From Candidatus Micrarchaeota archaeon (GTDB taxonomy: Archaea; Micrarchaeota; Micrarchaeia; Micrarchaeales; Micrarchaeaceae), in contig JAJYUR010000002.1 in the NCBI GenBank assembly GCA_021792395.1, forward strand, positions 5,592 through 69,591: a DNA stretch of 64,000 nucleotides. Direction: 5' to 3'. Within the stretch, counting starts at the first letter, position 1. Each line of letters begins with the position of its first letter. Below the pieces are notes generated by a model. The model worked only from the letters and a program-made list of their open reading frames with translations, made no database searches and was not told where the DNA came from. Below, one piece after another: positions 19,131 through 29,472 of this stretch. Both the position numbers and the translations under genes were made by a program.

Positions 19131-20261
19131 TTATAAAACCTTTTTGATTGCAGTGTTGATTTTATCTTTGAATTTTGGATTACATGCAACCATAAGTATG
19201 CGGCGGCTGTTGAGCATTTTGCCAAGTGTATTGAACAGCTCTGATTTTTCGCTAAGCATGCATATACGCTTTCCAGTGTTATCAATAAGCTGTACGTCGT
19301 CGTTGCCGCCCTTGAAGTTTATAACCCTTATTACGTAGTCGTTATATTTTACTCCTGCCATTTCTATTGCATCTCTTACTTCTTGCACATTTATTTGTTT
19401 TTTACCTATTTCTTCGTAATAAGCACGCTTGAATAGGTTTCTTGAAAGTACCATTTCAATAATATGCTTGGATGCATTTGACTTAAGAAGTTCAGCTACG
19501 GCTTTATCGTCAGTAAAATATATAAATTCTTTTGGTATTATGCTTCCTTCTTCTATCGCATTTTCCAATGCCAGGTTATACATTGCTTCTGAAATAACAG
19601 CAGTATGGTGCAGGTATACTGATGAAAACATGTAGTATCTTGCTATCAGCATGGATTCTGCACCGCCTATGCCGTTTTCATATATTGCAACGTTGCCGTC
19701 CTTGGAGAAGGCAAGTTTGTTCATCAGTCTTATATAATCGATTACACCGTATGCGACCCCAGTATTGTATGCATCACGCATAAGGTAATCTATCCTGTCA
19801 GAACCTAAAGGCCCGGTTATCAGTTTTCCTCTACTCTCGCCCTTGAAATAGCTTAAAACTTTTTTTAGCGAGAGTGTCGATTCGCTTATTACATCATGGA
19901 TACTGCTTTCAGATATTATGGACGCACCTATCTCTTCGTGAGTCTTCTTTAAATACTTTGTAGCTATATCTTCAGATTGGTGTGAAAACGGAGTATGACC
20001 TATATCGTGCATCAGTCCTGCGATTGACAATTCAGGGTCATCTTCGGAAAATATTTTTGAGGCCATATCAGAAGTTACTTTCATCGTTCCAAGCGAATGC
20101 TCAAATCTTGAATGGTTTGCTGCAGGATATACCAGATAGTCAAATCCTAACTGCTTTATGTACCTTAGCCTTTGCATCCATTCGTTATCTATTAAACGCT
20201 GCGCCACATCATTGATGTGTATATCGCCAAACAATGGATCTCTTATGTACATGCCAGGCAT
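19131..20261 (-). CDS. HD-domain metal-dependent phosphohydrolase (COG1078-like)
   Basis: NHSRFEHSLGT and HDIGHTPFSH HD motifs. 376 aa. Confidence 0.75.
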   Translation of the reverse strand: MPGMYIRDPLFGDIHINDVAQRLIDNEWMQRLRYIKQLGFDYLVYPAANHSRFEHSLGTMKVTSDMASKIFSEDDPELSIAGLMHDIGHTPFSHQSEDIATKYLKKTHEEIGASIISESSIHDVISESTLSLKKVLSYFKGESRGKLITGPLGSDRIDYLMRDAYNTGVAYGVIDYIRLMNKLAFSKDGNVAIYENGIGGAESMLIARYYMFSSVYLHHTAVISEAMYNLALENAIEEGSIIPKEFIYFTDDKAVAELLKSNASKHIIEMVLSRNLFKRAYYEEIGKKQINVQEVRDAIEMAGVKYNDYVIRVINFKGGNDDVQLIDNTGKRICMLSEKSELFNTLGKMLNSRRILMVACNPKFKDKINTAIKKVL

Positions 20262-20654
20262 TCATACCACAAATAATGCAACAGTTAATGCTATTATTGT
20301 ATCAATGGAGAGGCAGTATATGCATACTTTCCCCAAGAGAAATTGAGCAGTTATAGAGTAGGCTATGCCACCCAATCCAAGCATAAGCCATATAGGTGCA
20401 ATTGCTAGGGAGGTTTTATTTTTTGACTGAAACAGCAACAGCATGGTTATGAACCATGCAGATGCCAGCAATGCAAGAGGTATGCCGAATATTGTAGAGT
20501 ATGCGCTCTTCAGGACAAGCGCACAATCTATCACACCGTTACTTGGGCAATAAAGGAGGGAAGGCTGAAAATGGACAAGCAGCGTGTATAACGCTATTGC
20601 AAGACCCAATACCAAAAGACCATTTACATATGTTTTTTTTGCCTTCGTTAACAT
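20262..20654 (-). CDS. VKOR-family (vitamin K epoxide reductase-like) membrane thiol oxidoreductase
   Basis: 130 aa with 4 TM helices, a loop Cys pair (YCPSNGVIDC) and CxxC in a TM helix (KVCIYCLS). The stop codon abuts the HD gene start. Confidence 0.6.
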   Translation of the reverse strand: MLTKAKKTYVNGLLVLGLAIALYTLLVHFQPSLLYCPSNGVIDCALVLKSAYSTIFGIPLALLASAWFITMLLLFQSKNKTSLAIAPIWLMLGLGGIAYSITAQFLLGKVCIYCLSIDTIIALTVALFVV

Positions 20655-20694
20655 GGTACTTATTTGCTTGGCAAAGAATTTATTGTTATCTTAG

Positions 20695-21810
20695 TTATAT
20701 GATGACATCTATAGCATTGACATGCTTATTTTCGCTTTTTAGCTTGCCGTCTATCTTTATTTGGTATCTGCAATATCTGCATTTTTTATCATTTGTAATA
20801 TGCATTTTAGATATGTAAAATCCATCACGTTTTATGATTTTTTTGCCGCACCCTGGGCAAGATGTGTCATTGTGTTCGTTGCCTGGCACATTCCCTATAT
20901 ATACGTACCTTAAGCCATTTTTTACTGCAACGTTATAGTGCTTCTCCAGTGTCTGAATCGGGGTTATTGGATAATCAAGCATCTTATAATCAGGATAAAA
21001 ACGGGTAAAATGGATTGGTATATCTTTGGATATTCCGGCAAGCCAGCTAGTCAGCTTATCGCATGCGCTTAGGGAGTCACCCACGTTGGGCACTATCAAG
21101 TCTGTTATTTCTACATGGAACCCTAATTTTACAAGGTATTCTACAGACTCTTTTACCGGATCGTTTGATACTACAGCTTCAAATTTATTGGAAAAAATCC
21201 TTTCGCCATTTCCTTTAAAATCTACAACTACGGCATCTATCGCGCCGACCATCAAATCTATAGCTTCCTTGGTCATGTACCCGTTGCTGACGAAAAGAGT
21301 GAATAGCCCTTTCCTGTGCGCTTGCTCAGCCACATCTAGCGCGTATTCGATGAATATTGTCGGTTCGTTGTATGTAAATGCTATGCCTTGCGCACCTTTT
21401 GAGATAGCCAAGTTTATTAATTCATCAGGCATGATTTCTATGCCTGATATTTCATGTTCCTTTGATATGTTGTGGTTTTGGCAGAAGAGGCATCCAAGAT
21501 TACATGACGACGTCCCAACTCCAAGCACATATGCACCAGGATTGAAATTGTAGAATGGTTTCTTTTCTATAGGATCCAATTGTAGCGCAGAAACCATGGC
21601 ATATGATAATAGATAGAGGCTGCCCCCTATATTTTTGCGCACAAAGCAAAAACCATTTGACCCTTCAGGAATTACGCATTTCCTTGAGCACGCTATGCAT
21701 CGCACTTTTTTGTTTTCAAGGGATTCGTATAAACCTGCCTTCTTTAGCATACTTGGAATTATGCTATCAAGATATTTATCGTTTTCTTGTGTTGGTCGAT
21801 GAAGCAACAC
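20695..21810 (-). CDS. AmmeMemoRadiSam-type radical SAM enzyme
   Basis: N-terminal Cys motif (VRCIACSRKCVIPEGSNGFCFVRKN), radical SAM CNLGCLFCQN and a C-terminal CPGCG...CRYC ribbon. Confidence 0.7.
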   Translation of the reverse strand: MLLHRPTQENDKYLDSIIPSMLKKAGLYESLENKKVRCIACSRKCVIPEGSNGFCFVRKNIGGSLYLLSYAMVSALQLDPIEKKPFYNFNPGAYVLGVGTSSCNLGCLFCQNHNISKEHEISGIEIMPDELINLAISKGAQGIAFTYNEPTIFIEYALDVAEQAHRKGLFTLFVSNGYMTKEAIDLMVGAIDAVVVDFKGNGERIFSNKFEAVVSNDPVKESVEYLVKLGFHVEITDLIVPNVGDSLSACDKLTSWLAGISKDIPIHFTRFYPDYKMLDYPITPIQTLEKHYNVAVKNGLRYVYIGNVPGNEHNDTSCPGCGKKIIKRDGFYISKMHITNDKKCRYCRYQIKIDGKLKSENKHVNAIDVII

Positions 21811-21882
21811 TATACCAAAAGGGCTTTAAATATGAAATCATAATATGTATTAAAGGCGATTTACTGTTTATAAGCTGGTAGA

Positions 21883-23787
21883 ATGAGTGATGATAATTAT
21901 AGTGCAAAGGATATAGTTGTGCTTTCAGGACCGTTAGGCATACGTAAAAGGCCTGCTATGTATATAGGCTCTACTGGAAGCAGCGGTTTTTTGCACCTGC
22001 TTAACGAGATAATAGATAATGCAGTAGATGAAGCGCTCGCAGGGTATTGCAATAGGATAGTTATAACTCTTTCCAGGGAGGATGGCGTTGACGTAGGCGA
22101 AGTAAGCGACAATGGCAGGGGCATACCCGTAGATGCTATGCAGAAAGAGGGTAAATCTGCATTGGAAGTCATAATGACTTCGCTTCATTCTGGCGCGAAA
22201 TTCAACAATAAGATTTATAAGATTTCTGGAGGGCTGCATGGAGTTGGAATGACGGTAGTAAATGCACTTTCCGAATACACCTCTGTTAAGGTTAAAAAGG
22301 ATGGCAAGGTATATGAACAGAAATTCAGCAGGGGCGTGCCGATTTCATCGTTAGAGATAATTGGCAATACCACAGAGACTGGCACTACGGTTAAATTCAG
22401 GCCTGATTCTGAGATATTTTCTGCAAATGCGTTCGATACGGTAATACTTGTCGAGAGGCTACGCGACCTTTCTTTCATGAATCCAGGCTTAAAAATAACG
22501 CTTGTGGATGAAAGGGATGAGACGAAGACAGAAAAGGTGTTTTATTCAACAAATGGCATGATGGACTTCATTGATTATATAAGAGGCAGCAAAGAGCCAT
22601 TGTCAAAGCCCATAATCATATCCAAGGACATAGACACAGTAAAGGTTGATGTAGCGCTGCAATATGTGAATACCTACAGCGAGGAGATCATATCTTTTGT
22701 GAACAAGATAAAAACGCTTGAGGGAGGCACTCACGTCTCAGGATTCAGAGGCGCACTTACACGGGCGATAACTACATATCTGCAGAAAAACGTCAAGAAA
22801 CAGGTTGGCGTCAGTATAGAGGGAGAGGATACGCGCGAAGGGTTGATATGCATAGTATCTGTTATGATGCAAAACCCTGAATTCGAGGGGCAGACAAAGG
22901 AGAAACTTGGCAACACGACGATAAAATCCATAGTGGAGAATATAGTCTATGGTGAATTGTCATACTACCTTGAAGAAAATCCAGCTGAAGCTGGAAGGAT
23001 CATAGAGAAGGTCGTGAGGGCTGCCGAATCGCGAGAGGCTGCAAAGAGGGCCAGGGAACTTTCCAGAAAAAAGAACATATTTGAGGGGTCGGTGCTTCCA
23101 GGGAAGCTTGCAGACTGCACGGAGAATGACCCGCAAAAGGCTGAAATATTTATAGTTGAGGGGGACAGCGCAGCCGGATCAAGCAAGCAAGGCAGGGACA
23201 GATTTTATCAGGCCATATTGCCTTTAAGGGGAAAGGTATTAAACGTGGAGAAGGCGTCAGAGGACAGAATATTCAGCAATGCTGAACTGCATACAATGGT
23301 GACGTCTTTCGGAACGGGCATTAAGGAATCTTTTGACATAGAGAAATTGAGATACCATAAAATAATATTTCTCACCGATGCTGATGTGGATGGGAGCCAT
23401 ATCAAAACATTGCTTTTGACATTTTTCTACAGATACCTTAAACCCCTAATAGAGAAGGGTTATGTTTATGCTGCACAGCCCCCATTGTACAAGATAGCTC
23501 ACGGAAAGGAGGTGAAATATGCCTACTCTGATACTGAATTGAACAAAATAATGGAGGGTTACGGAGGCAAGGCTAACGTAAACAGGTACAAAGGTTTGGG
23601 TGAAATGAATCCTGAACAGTTATGGGAAACCACGATGAACCCATCCAGCAGGGTATTGAAGAGGATAACCATAAAAGATGCGCAATTGGCAGATTCAATA
23701 TTTAGCATATTGATGGGCATAAATGTAGATGAAAGGAGAAAATTTCTGGAGGAGCATTCCACAGAGGTTTCTTTCTTGGATGTGTGA
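21883..23787 (+). CDS. gyrB: DNA gyrase subunit B
   Basis: GHKL ATPase (LHLLNEIIDNAVDEA, GGLHGVG), Toprim (EIFIVEGDSAGGS-like EIFIVEGDSAAGS, PLRGKVLNVE, DADVDGSHI) and a C-terminal tail. Confidence 0.95.
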   Translation: MSDDNYSAKDIVVLSGPLGIRKRPAMYIGSTGSSGFLHLLNEIIDNAVDEALAGYCNRIVITLSREDGVDVGEVSDNGRGIPVDAMQKEGKSALEVIMTSLHSGAKFNNKIYKISGGLHGVGMTVVNALSEYTSVKVKKDGKVYEQKFSRGVPISSLEIIGNTTETGTTVKFRPDSEIFSANAFDTVILVERLRDLSFMNPGLKITLVDERDETKTEKVFYSTNGMMDFIDYIRGSKEPLSKPIIISKDIDTVKVDVALQYVNTYSEEIISFVNKIKTLEGGTHVSGFRGALTRAITTYLQKNVKKQVGVSIEGEDTREGLICIVSVMMQNPEFEGQTKEKLGNTTIKSIVENIVYGELSYYLEENPAEAGRIIEKVVRAAESREAAKRARELSRKKNIFEGSVLPGKLADCTENDPQKAEIFIVEGDSAAGSSKQGRDRFYQAILPLRGKVLNVEKASEDRIFSNAELHTMVTSFGTGIKESFDIEKLRYHKIIFLTDADVDGSHIKTLLLTFFYRYLKPLIEKGYVYAAQPPLYKIAHGKEVKYAYSDTELNKIMEGYGGKANVNRYKGLGEMNPEQLWETTMNPSSRVLKRITIKDAQLADSIFSILMGINVDERRKFLEEHSTEVSFLDV

Positions 23788-23793
23788 TGGCAG

Positions 23794-26202
23794 ATGGACA
23801 ATGTAATTGATGTATCCATAGAGAGCGAAATGCAGTCTAGCTACATAGATTATGCGATGAGTGTAATCGTAGGCAGGGCGCTGCCTGATGCAAGAGACGG
23901 GCTGAAACCTGCACAGCGTAGGATACTTTATGCAATGTACAAGCTTAACAATGTACATGATCAGCCTACAAAGAAAAGCGCCAGGATAGTTGGAGAGGTA
24001 ATAGGTAAGTATCATCCGCATGGCGATATGGCAGCGTATGAAACCCTCGTTAGAATGGCGCAGGATTTTTCAATGAACCATATGCTTGTAGAAGGACAAG
24101 GCAATATGGGTTCCATAGATGGAGACCCGCCAGCTGCGCAACGTTATACGGAGGTGAGGCTTAGGGCAATCGCAGAAGAGATGCTGGTAGATATAGAAAA
24201 GAAGGCAGTGCCTTTTGTACCAAATTTTGATAACACAGAGGAAGAGCCAGTTGTACTTCCGTCAAAAATCCCAAATGCAATAATAAACGGTTCTTCAGGT
24301 ATAGCTGTTGGGGTGGCTACAAATATCGTGCCGCATAATTTGGTAGAGGTTTGCAGCGCCATAATTGCATATGTTGACAACAGGGACATAACCAGCGAGG
24401 AGCTGTTGGCATTCATAAAAGGGCCTGATTTCCCCACAGGAGGCATAGTCTTTTACGATAGCAATTTAGTACGGTCATACCTTACAGGCAGGGGATCCGT
24501 AATAATAAGAGCGAGAAGCCATATAGAAGACATTGATGGTCACAAGGGCAAGCGCATAGTCATAACCGAAATACCCTATACCGTAAACAAGGCTACGCTC
24601 ATAGAAAAAATAGCGACGTTGGTGAAGGACAAGGCGCTTACGGGCATAAGTGCGCTTAGAGATGAGAGCGACAAACGAGGGATACGTATAATAGTAGAGC
24701 TTAAAGGGGACACGAGCCCTGAATATATACTGAATCTGCTTTACAAGCATACGCAACTGCAGAACTCGCTTCCCGTAATGAACATAGCTGTGATAGGCAA
24801 TAGGCTGCTTACGCTTAACATTAAAAATTTTATAAAAATATTCGTGGAGCACAGGTTCAGCGTCATAAAGAGCCGCACGGAATATGACTTGGGGGTAGCG
24901 TCCGACAGGCTGCACATTGTGGACGGGCTGCTAACAGCAATAAACGACATAGACAATGTTGTATCGATAATAAGAAAAAGCAGCGATTCCAAGGAGGCAA
25001 AGGGTGCACTCATAGCAAAATACGGATTTTCGGAGAAGCAAGCCAGCGCCATACTGGAAATGAGACTCAGCAGACTTACAAGCCTTGAGAGCAATACCCT
25101 GCGCAATGAAATGAATTCCTTAAAGCAGAGCATAGAATACTTCAAGAGAATACTTTCCGACAATAACGAGATTTACAAAATAATAAAAGAGGAGACCAAG
25201 GACGTTAGCAATAGGTACGGGAGGGAGAGGAGGTCTACGATTGAGAGCAACATAGAAATGCAGGACATAGAAAGCGAAGACCTCATAAAAGATGAAGAAA
25301 GCGTGATAATACTTACAAATACAGGGTACCTTAAGAGGCTACCGGCAGACATATACAAAAGCCAACAGCGTGGAGGCAAAGGAGTTATAACGATAGACCT
25401 TAAGGAAGGTGATTTTGTAAAACAGGTAGCTACCTGCATGTCAAAGGACTATCTCCTGATGGTATCCAATAGAGGCAGGGCATACTGGCTGAAGGGTTAT
25501 ATGATACCTACCGGAAACAGGTATGGCATGGGCAAAGCTGCAGTAAATCTTGTAAAGCTTGAAGAAAACGAGGAGATAGAAGCGGTAATAAACACGAGAG
25601 TGTTTGAAAATTCATTTTTGAATTTTGTAACAAGGAAGGGAAGGATCAAACGGGTGCGCGCGAAATTGTTCTCCCGTCCCCGCTCCAGCGGCATAAAAGC
25701 GATACCCACATACAGCGATGACATGCTGGCCGATGTCTGCCTATCTAGCGGTTCGGACGAATTGTTTATAGCTTCGCATTTAGGTAAAGGCACAAGGTTC
25801 AAAGAAACAGACATACGCTCAATGGGAAGGAATGCATATGGTGTTAGAGGCATCAGGCTCAAAGGGGATGACTACGTAGTAAATGTGGTTTCCGCATCAA
25901 AAGACTCAAACATAGTGTCGATAACAGAGAACGGCTTTGGTAAGGCTACGGAGATAATGAAATACAGGCTTCAGAAGCGCGGAGGCAAGGGAGTTATAAA
26001 CGTAAAATGCACCGAAAAAACCGGCAGCGTAGTAAGGGTGCTTGCAGCTGAGAAGGATAAAAGCATATTGATAGTAAACTCCAAAGGCCTGTCGATACAG
26101 TTCGCAATTGCATCCATTAGGGTAACAGGAAGAAACGCGAGCGGCGTTAGGCTGATGCGCATCGCGCCTCCAATCAAAGTAGTCGATGCCCAGATAGTAT
26201 AA
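23794..26202 (+). CDS. gyrA: DNA gyrase subunit A
   Basis: [47 protein letters not shown] (catalytic Tyr region) and C-terminal beta-pinwheel repeats. Confidence 0.95.
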   Translation: MDNVIDVSIESEMQSSYIDYAMSVIVGRALPDARDGLKPAQRRILYAMYKLNNVHDQPTKKSARIVGEVIGKYHPHGDMAAYETLVRMAQDFSMNHMLVEGQGNMGSIDGDPPAAQRYTEVRLRAIAEEMLVDIEKKAVPFVPNFDNTEEEPVVLPSKIPNAIINGSSGIAVGVATNIVPHNLVEVCSAIIAYVDNRDITSEELLAFIKGPDFPTGGIVFYDSNLVRSYLTGRGSVIIRARSHIEDIDGHKGKRIVITEIPYTVNKATLIEKIATLVKDKALTGISALRDESDKRGIRIIVELKGDTSPEYILNLLYKHTQLQNSLPVMNIAVIGNRLLTLNIKNFIKIFVEHRFSVIKSRTEYDLGVASDRLHIVDGLLTAINDIDNVVSIIRKSSDSKEAKGALIAKYGFSEKQASAILEMRLSRLTSLESNTLRNEMNSLKQSIEYFKRILSDNNEIYKIIKEETKDVSNRYGRERRSTIESNIEMQDIESEDLIKDEESVIILTNTGYLKRLPADIYKSQQRGGKGVITIDLKEGDFVKQVATCMSKDYLLMVSNRGRAYWLKGYMIPTGNRYGMGKAAVNLVKLEENEEIEAVINTRVFENSFLNFVTRKGRIKRVRAKLFSRPRSSGIKAIPTYSDDMLADVCLSSGSDELFIASHLGKGTRFKETDIRSMGRNAYGVRGIRLKGDDYVVNVVSASKDSNIVSITENGFGKATEIMKYRLQKRGGKGVINVKCTEKTGSVVRVLAAEKDKSILIVNSKGLSIQFAIASIRVTGRNASGVRLMRIAPPIKVVDAQIV

Positions 26203-26265
26203 TCTATTTTGGATTGATATCCAGCTTTTTCAGTGCCATTATTAACTTTTATTGTTTAAATATAT

Positions 26266-26748
26266 TTGGGTGGGGCATTGATATCAGTAGTTGTCGTAGG
26301 TAATTGCAACTATAATAGCCAGGTAGACCTTATGCTTTCAGCTAGGGCTTTGGGTGCATCGGGCATAACATTCGCCGCACAGCGGGAGAATAAGCGAATC
26401 ATGGGCCTTAATAAGAGGATAATGAAGAGGTGGGGCGGTGAGTTCAAGGTCGGATTCTCAAGGAGCATTGCCGAAACATTCAAGGACAGGCGCAATTATA
26501 AAATAGTGTACCTCACGCAGTTCGGAGAACCACTCAATAAAGTGGCGCATACCTTAAAGGCTTACAGGAATCTTTTAGTCGTAGTGTCATCAAAGGAATC
26601 GATAAAGAGCATTATAGACAGGGCGGATTTCAAGGTCAGCATATCAAGGCAGCCCAACAGTGCCACAGCTGCGCTTTCAGTATTTCTGCATGTATTTTTT
26701 GAGGGAAGGGAGCTTGCAGTGCATTTCAAGAATCAGAAGCAGACGTAG
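26266..26748 (+). CDS. trm56: tRNA (cytidine56-2'-O)-methyltransferase (aTrm56, SPOUT)
   Basis: WGGEFKV..., VYLTQFGE, LLVVVSSKESI and DFKVSISRQPNSATAALSVFLH resemble the aTrm56 C-terminal knot region. The N-terminus is divergent. Confidence 0.55.
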   Translation: MGGALISVVVVGNCNYNSQVDLMLSARALGASGITFAAQRENKRIMGLNKRIMKRWGGEFKVGFSRSIAETFKDRRNYKIVYLTQFGEPLNKVAHTLKAYRNLLVVVSSKESIKSIIDRADFKVSISRQPNSATAALSVFLHVFFEGRELAVHFKNQKQT

Positions 26749-26751
26749 GGA

Positions 26752-27012
26752 TTACTGCGATCTATGCTTCGCCGAAGACGAACGTGCTCTCCGCACAGAC
26801 CATCTCACAAGGTAATATACCGATAGGATTACCCACGCAAGGAACGGGAGGGCTATCGCCTTCGCAGCAAAACTTCCAGAATAACCAAGAATATACTGCA
26901 GGAATGTTGGGATTATCCACACCGCAGCAGTTAGGAACAAATACAAATACAGTTCAAGCTTCCTCAAATAATGCACCAGGGTATACATATATTCCAGGCG
27001 CCAACGCCTCAA
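26752..27012 (-). CDS. possible small membrane protein (2 TM) downstream of radA
   Basis: Two hydrophobic helices (LFLTAAVWIIPTFLQYILGY, ALPFLAWVILSVYYLV), same strand as radA. It competes with an overlapping + strand Q/N/T-rich ORF (26784..27101), so the coding strand is unresolved. Confidence 0.3.
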   Translation of the reverse strand: MRRWRLEYMYTLVHYLRKLELYLYLFLTAAVWIIPTFLQYILGYSGSFAAKAIALPFLAWVILSVYYLVRWSVRRARSSSAKHRSQ

Positions 27013-27081
27013 CAGCAGGCAACCTCATCAACTCAGCCATAACCCCACCAGGCTACACGCCCGGCGGTGCATATGATGTAA

Positions 27082-28032
27082 TTAGTCCTTTACGCCATTA
27101 GAGGTTATCTTGATTATGCATTCGCCATCCGGCATGTTTGGCGAATCGACAAGCCTTACAATCCTCTTGTCTTCTTTGCTTTTTCTTATATAAAGCCTAG
27201 TAGTAGCAGCATGAGCCAATACATTTCCACCTATAGGTGTAGTTGGATCCCCAAATAATATGCCCGGATTGTCCATTACCTGATTAGTAATGTATACGGC
27301 AACGCCGAATTTGTCTGCCAGGAGCTGAAGCTTGTGTATGTGAGAATTGAGTTTCTGCTGGCGTTCGCCAAGCGCACCCCTGCCTATGAATTCGGATCTG
27401 AAAAGGGAGGTTATTGAATCGACTATTATCAGTTTTATGTTTTTTTCAAGTATTAGGCTGTCCGCTCTTTCAACAGTAAGGACCTGCTTTTCGGTAGTGG
27501 TAGCCCTGACAACCATAATATTCCCTAGGACTGCATCAGGGTCCAATCCTGCCGCCGTTGCCATAGATTCTATCCTTTCAGGCCTGAAAGTTCCCTCCGT
27601 ATCTATGAAAAGCACGCTTCCGTCAAGACCCCCTTTGCCTTTTGGGAGTTGCGCGTTGACTGCAAGCTGGAACCCTATTTGCGATTTGCCGCTCGCAAAT
27701 TTGCCATACACCTCGGTTATTGCGTTTGTCTCTACTCCGCCGCCTATTAGCTCATCGAGGTCTTTGGAGCCCGTTGTTATCTTTCCGAGGACCCTCCTCT
27801 TTTCAGATACTGCGCTCCCGGTTTCGTATTCTATTGTTGTTGCTTCTCTTGATGCACTTATGGCTTTCTTTGCGCTTTCTACGTTTATGCCGGATACCTC
27901 AGAAAGCTCATGTGGAGACATTGTCGCTATTTTATCAAGCGAGTCTATGCCTGCCGAGCGTAGCTTTTCTGCAGTAGTGGGACCTATGCCTGGAAGGTCT
28001 TCTATATCTTTTACGCTCTTTTCTTTAGCCAT
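27082..28032 (-). CDS. radA: DNA repair and recombination protein RadA
   Basis: N-terminal HhH (LPGIGPTTAEKL), Walker A GKFASGKSQ, FIDTEGTFRPER and Walker B LIIVDS. Confidence 0.95.
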   Translation of the reverse strand: MAKEKSVKDIEDLPGIGPTTAEKLRSAGIDSLDKIATMSPHELSEVSGINVESAKKAISASREATTIEYETGSAVSEKRRVLGKITTGSKDLDELIGGGVETNAITEVYGKFASGKSQIGFQLAVNAQLPKGKGGLDGSVLFIDTEGTFRPERIESMATAAGLDPDAVLGNIMVVRATTTEKQVLTVERADSLILEKNIKLIIVDSITSLFRSEFIGRGALGERQQKLNSHIHKLQLLADKFGVAVYITNQVMDNPGILFGDPTTPIGGNVLAHAATTRLYIRKSKEDKRIVRLVDSPNMPDGECIIKITSNGVKD

Positions 28033-28132
28033 TAAAAAATCATCTTATAGTTATTATATGCAAATAACAATAAATAGGTTTACTTGGCATAAGTAAGAGG
28101 ATAATTTAGCATATATATTAACAAAGAATAAG

Positions 28133-28197
28133 GCCAGCGTCAGAGACGCTGGCAAGGCGACCAGTTCTTCACGACTTTCCTACAGTAGAGAACTCGT
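28133..28197. other. GC-rich structured element in an AT-rich divergent intergenic region (candidate small RNA)
   Basis: Perfect 9-bp hairpin GCCAGCGTC-AGA-GACGCTGGC (28133..28153), followed by a second stem AGTTCT/AGAACT (28163-28168 / 28189-28194). It is flanked by TATA-like AT tracts. Confidence 0.3.
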
Positions 28198-28256
28198 AAT
28201 TTACTATGAATATATAGATTTAAAAGCCTTTCTAAATACCGGAACTTTCCATAATT

Positions 28257-28952
28257 TTGGATGAAACAATGACTTTTTTGACCCTTGACTTGAGAGCAAC
28301 TTTGGTTTCTTTAGCGCTAGGTATCTTGCTCATAATTCTTGGAGGCAGGCTTGGTGCATTCTTTTTCATAGTAATGCTTTATTTCTTAGTAATATCGGCC
28401 ATAGTGACCTGGATTGGCACCCCATATAAGAAGAAAAGGCAGCTGTACGAAAAAAGTAGAGGTACGAAAAATGTTGTTGCCAATGGTGCGATCCCTTTGG
28501 TTATGGCTAGTGCATTCTTCGTTTCGGCTATGGCTTTTACAGGGCTTGAGCAATTGATGGTATTCGGGTTTGTGGGAAGCGTGGCTGCCGTAGCTGCAGA
28601 CAAGTTTAGCAGCGAATTAGGCGTATTGGACGGTGAACCGCTAATGATATTCACGCTTAAAAAAGTTAGGAAAGGCGTTTCTGGAGGCATTACGTGGTTT
28701 GGCCTGCTTATGGGGCTCGCAGGAGCTTTTGCGATATCGCTTAGCGTAGTGCTGCTCTCAGGTGCATTCTTCACGCAGGCGCTGTTGTACCTGATAATAG
28801 GCATATCGTTATCTGGATTTATAGGCACAATTGCAGACTCGATGGCAGGATATTTTGAAACCAAAGGAGTGGGAAACAAGTTCACATCTAATGGCATAGC
28901 CAGCATTGCAGGTGCATTGACAGCGATGGCGATATTTGCAATCCTGATGTAA
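28257..28952 (+). CDS. DUF92/TMEM19-family integral membrane protein (TIGR00297-like)
   Basis: Multi-TM protein with ADKFSSELG, GVSGGITWFG and GTIADSMAG motifs. The likely start is the ATG at 28269. Confidence 0.55.
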   Translation: MDETMTFLTLDLRATLVSLALGILLIILGGRLGAFFFIVMLYFLVISAIVTWIGTPYKKKRQLYEKSRGTKNVVANGAIPLVMASAFFVSAMAFTGLEQLMVFGFVGSVAAVAADKFSSELGVLDGEPLMIFTLKKVRKGVSGGITWFGLLMGLAGAFAISLSVVLLSGAFFTQALLYLIIGISLSGFIGTIADSMAGYFETKGVGNKFTSNGIASIAGALTAMAIFAILM

Positions 28953-28964
28953 TAATCAGATTAT

Positions 28965-29453
28965 TCATATGGATTTTGTTTCTTTTGCTTTGAGTTTCTT
29001 GTATAATATATAAATCTTAATGGCCTCACCAACCAACAACCCAGTAGTCGCACCCAATAGCAGATTAATGGATATTGATGCGATTGCATATGTAGAAAGG
29101 TACATAGCAAACACGTATCTTAGCACTACAGCAATGCCCCAGAACAGCACTATGGCACGCGATCTTTTATAGTGGAGTTTACCTCCTATATATGATATTT
29201 CTATACCTATTGATAGTGAAATGGCAGCATATGCACCTGCGAGCGCTAGAAGCACGATTGAAATTATTTCATATTCTGACAGGCCTATCGATACTGCCGC
29301 TGCAATAGCCACATATATCACAGGCCTTAGAAAGATCCTGCGTAATGAGAATTTGCTCGCTGTTGACGCCCTGCCTGCGCGCCTGGCTGCCATCAGAACT
29401 ATTATTATCAGAAATATAAGGGTATATGAATTCGCAGTTGCAGTTTGAAGCAT
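28965..29453 (-). CDS. hypothetical multi-pass membrane protein
   Basis: 162 aa with 4-5 hydrophobic helices and no recognised motif. Confidence 0.4.
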   Translation of the reverse strand: MLQTATANSYTLIFLIIIVLMAARRAGRASTASKFSLRRIFLRPVIYVAIAAAVSIGLSEYEIISIVLLALAGAYAAISLSIGIEISYIGGKLHYKRSRAIVLFWGIAVVLRYVFAMYLSTYAIASISINLLLGATTGLLVGEAIKIYILYKKLKAKETKSI

Positions 29454-29472
29454 TTAGTGACCCATGTTTGAT

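Noticed and set aside
19097-19338. Two short ORFs (62 aa on the - strand, 79 aa on the + strand) overlapping the tRNA-Lys 5' end and the HD gene 3' end
   Set aside because: They overlap a well-folded tRNA and a motif-bearing CDS, and have no independent support.
21883-26202. Inteins or large insertions in gyrB/gyrA (also checked in lhr, radA, pcn and ths)
   Set aside because: The protein lengths (634, 802, 932, 316, 247 and 551 aa) and the contiguous motifs match intein-free versions. No Cys/Ser...HN splice-junction blocks were seen.
28133-28197. C/D-box sRNA interpretation of the GC-rich intergenic element
   Set aside because: On the reverse strand there is a GTGAAGA (near C box) and a CTGA, but they are only about 22 nt apart. 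There are no C'/D' boxes and no terminal stem. An H/ACA reading also lacks a properly placed ACA.
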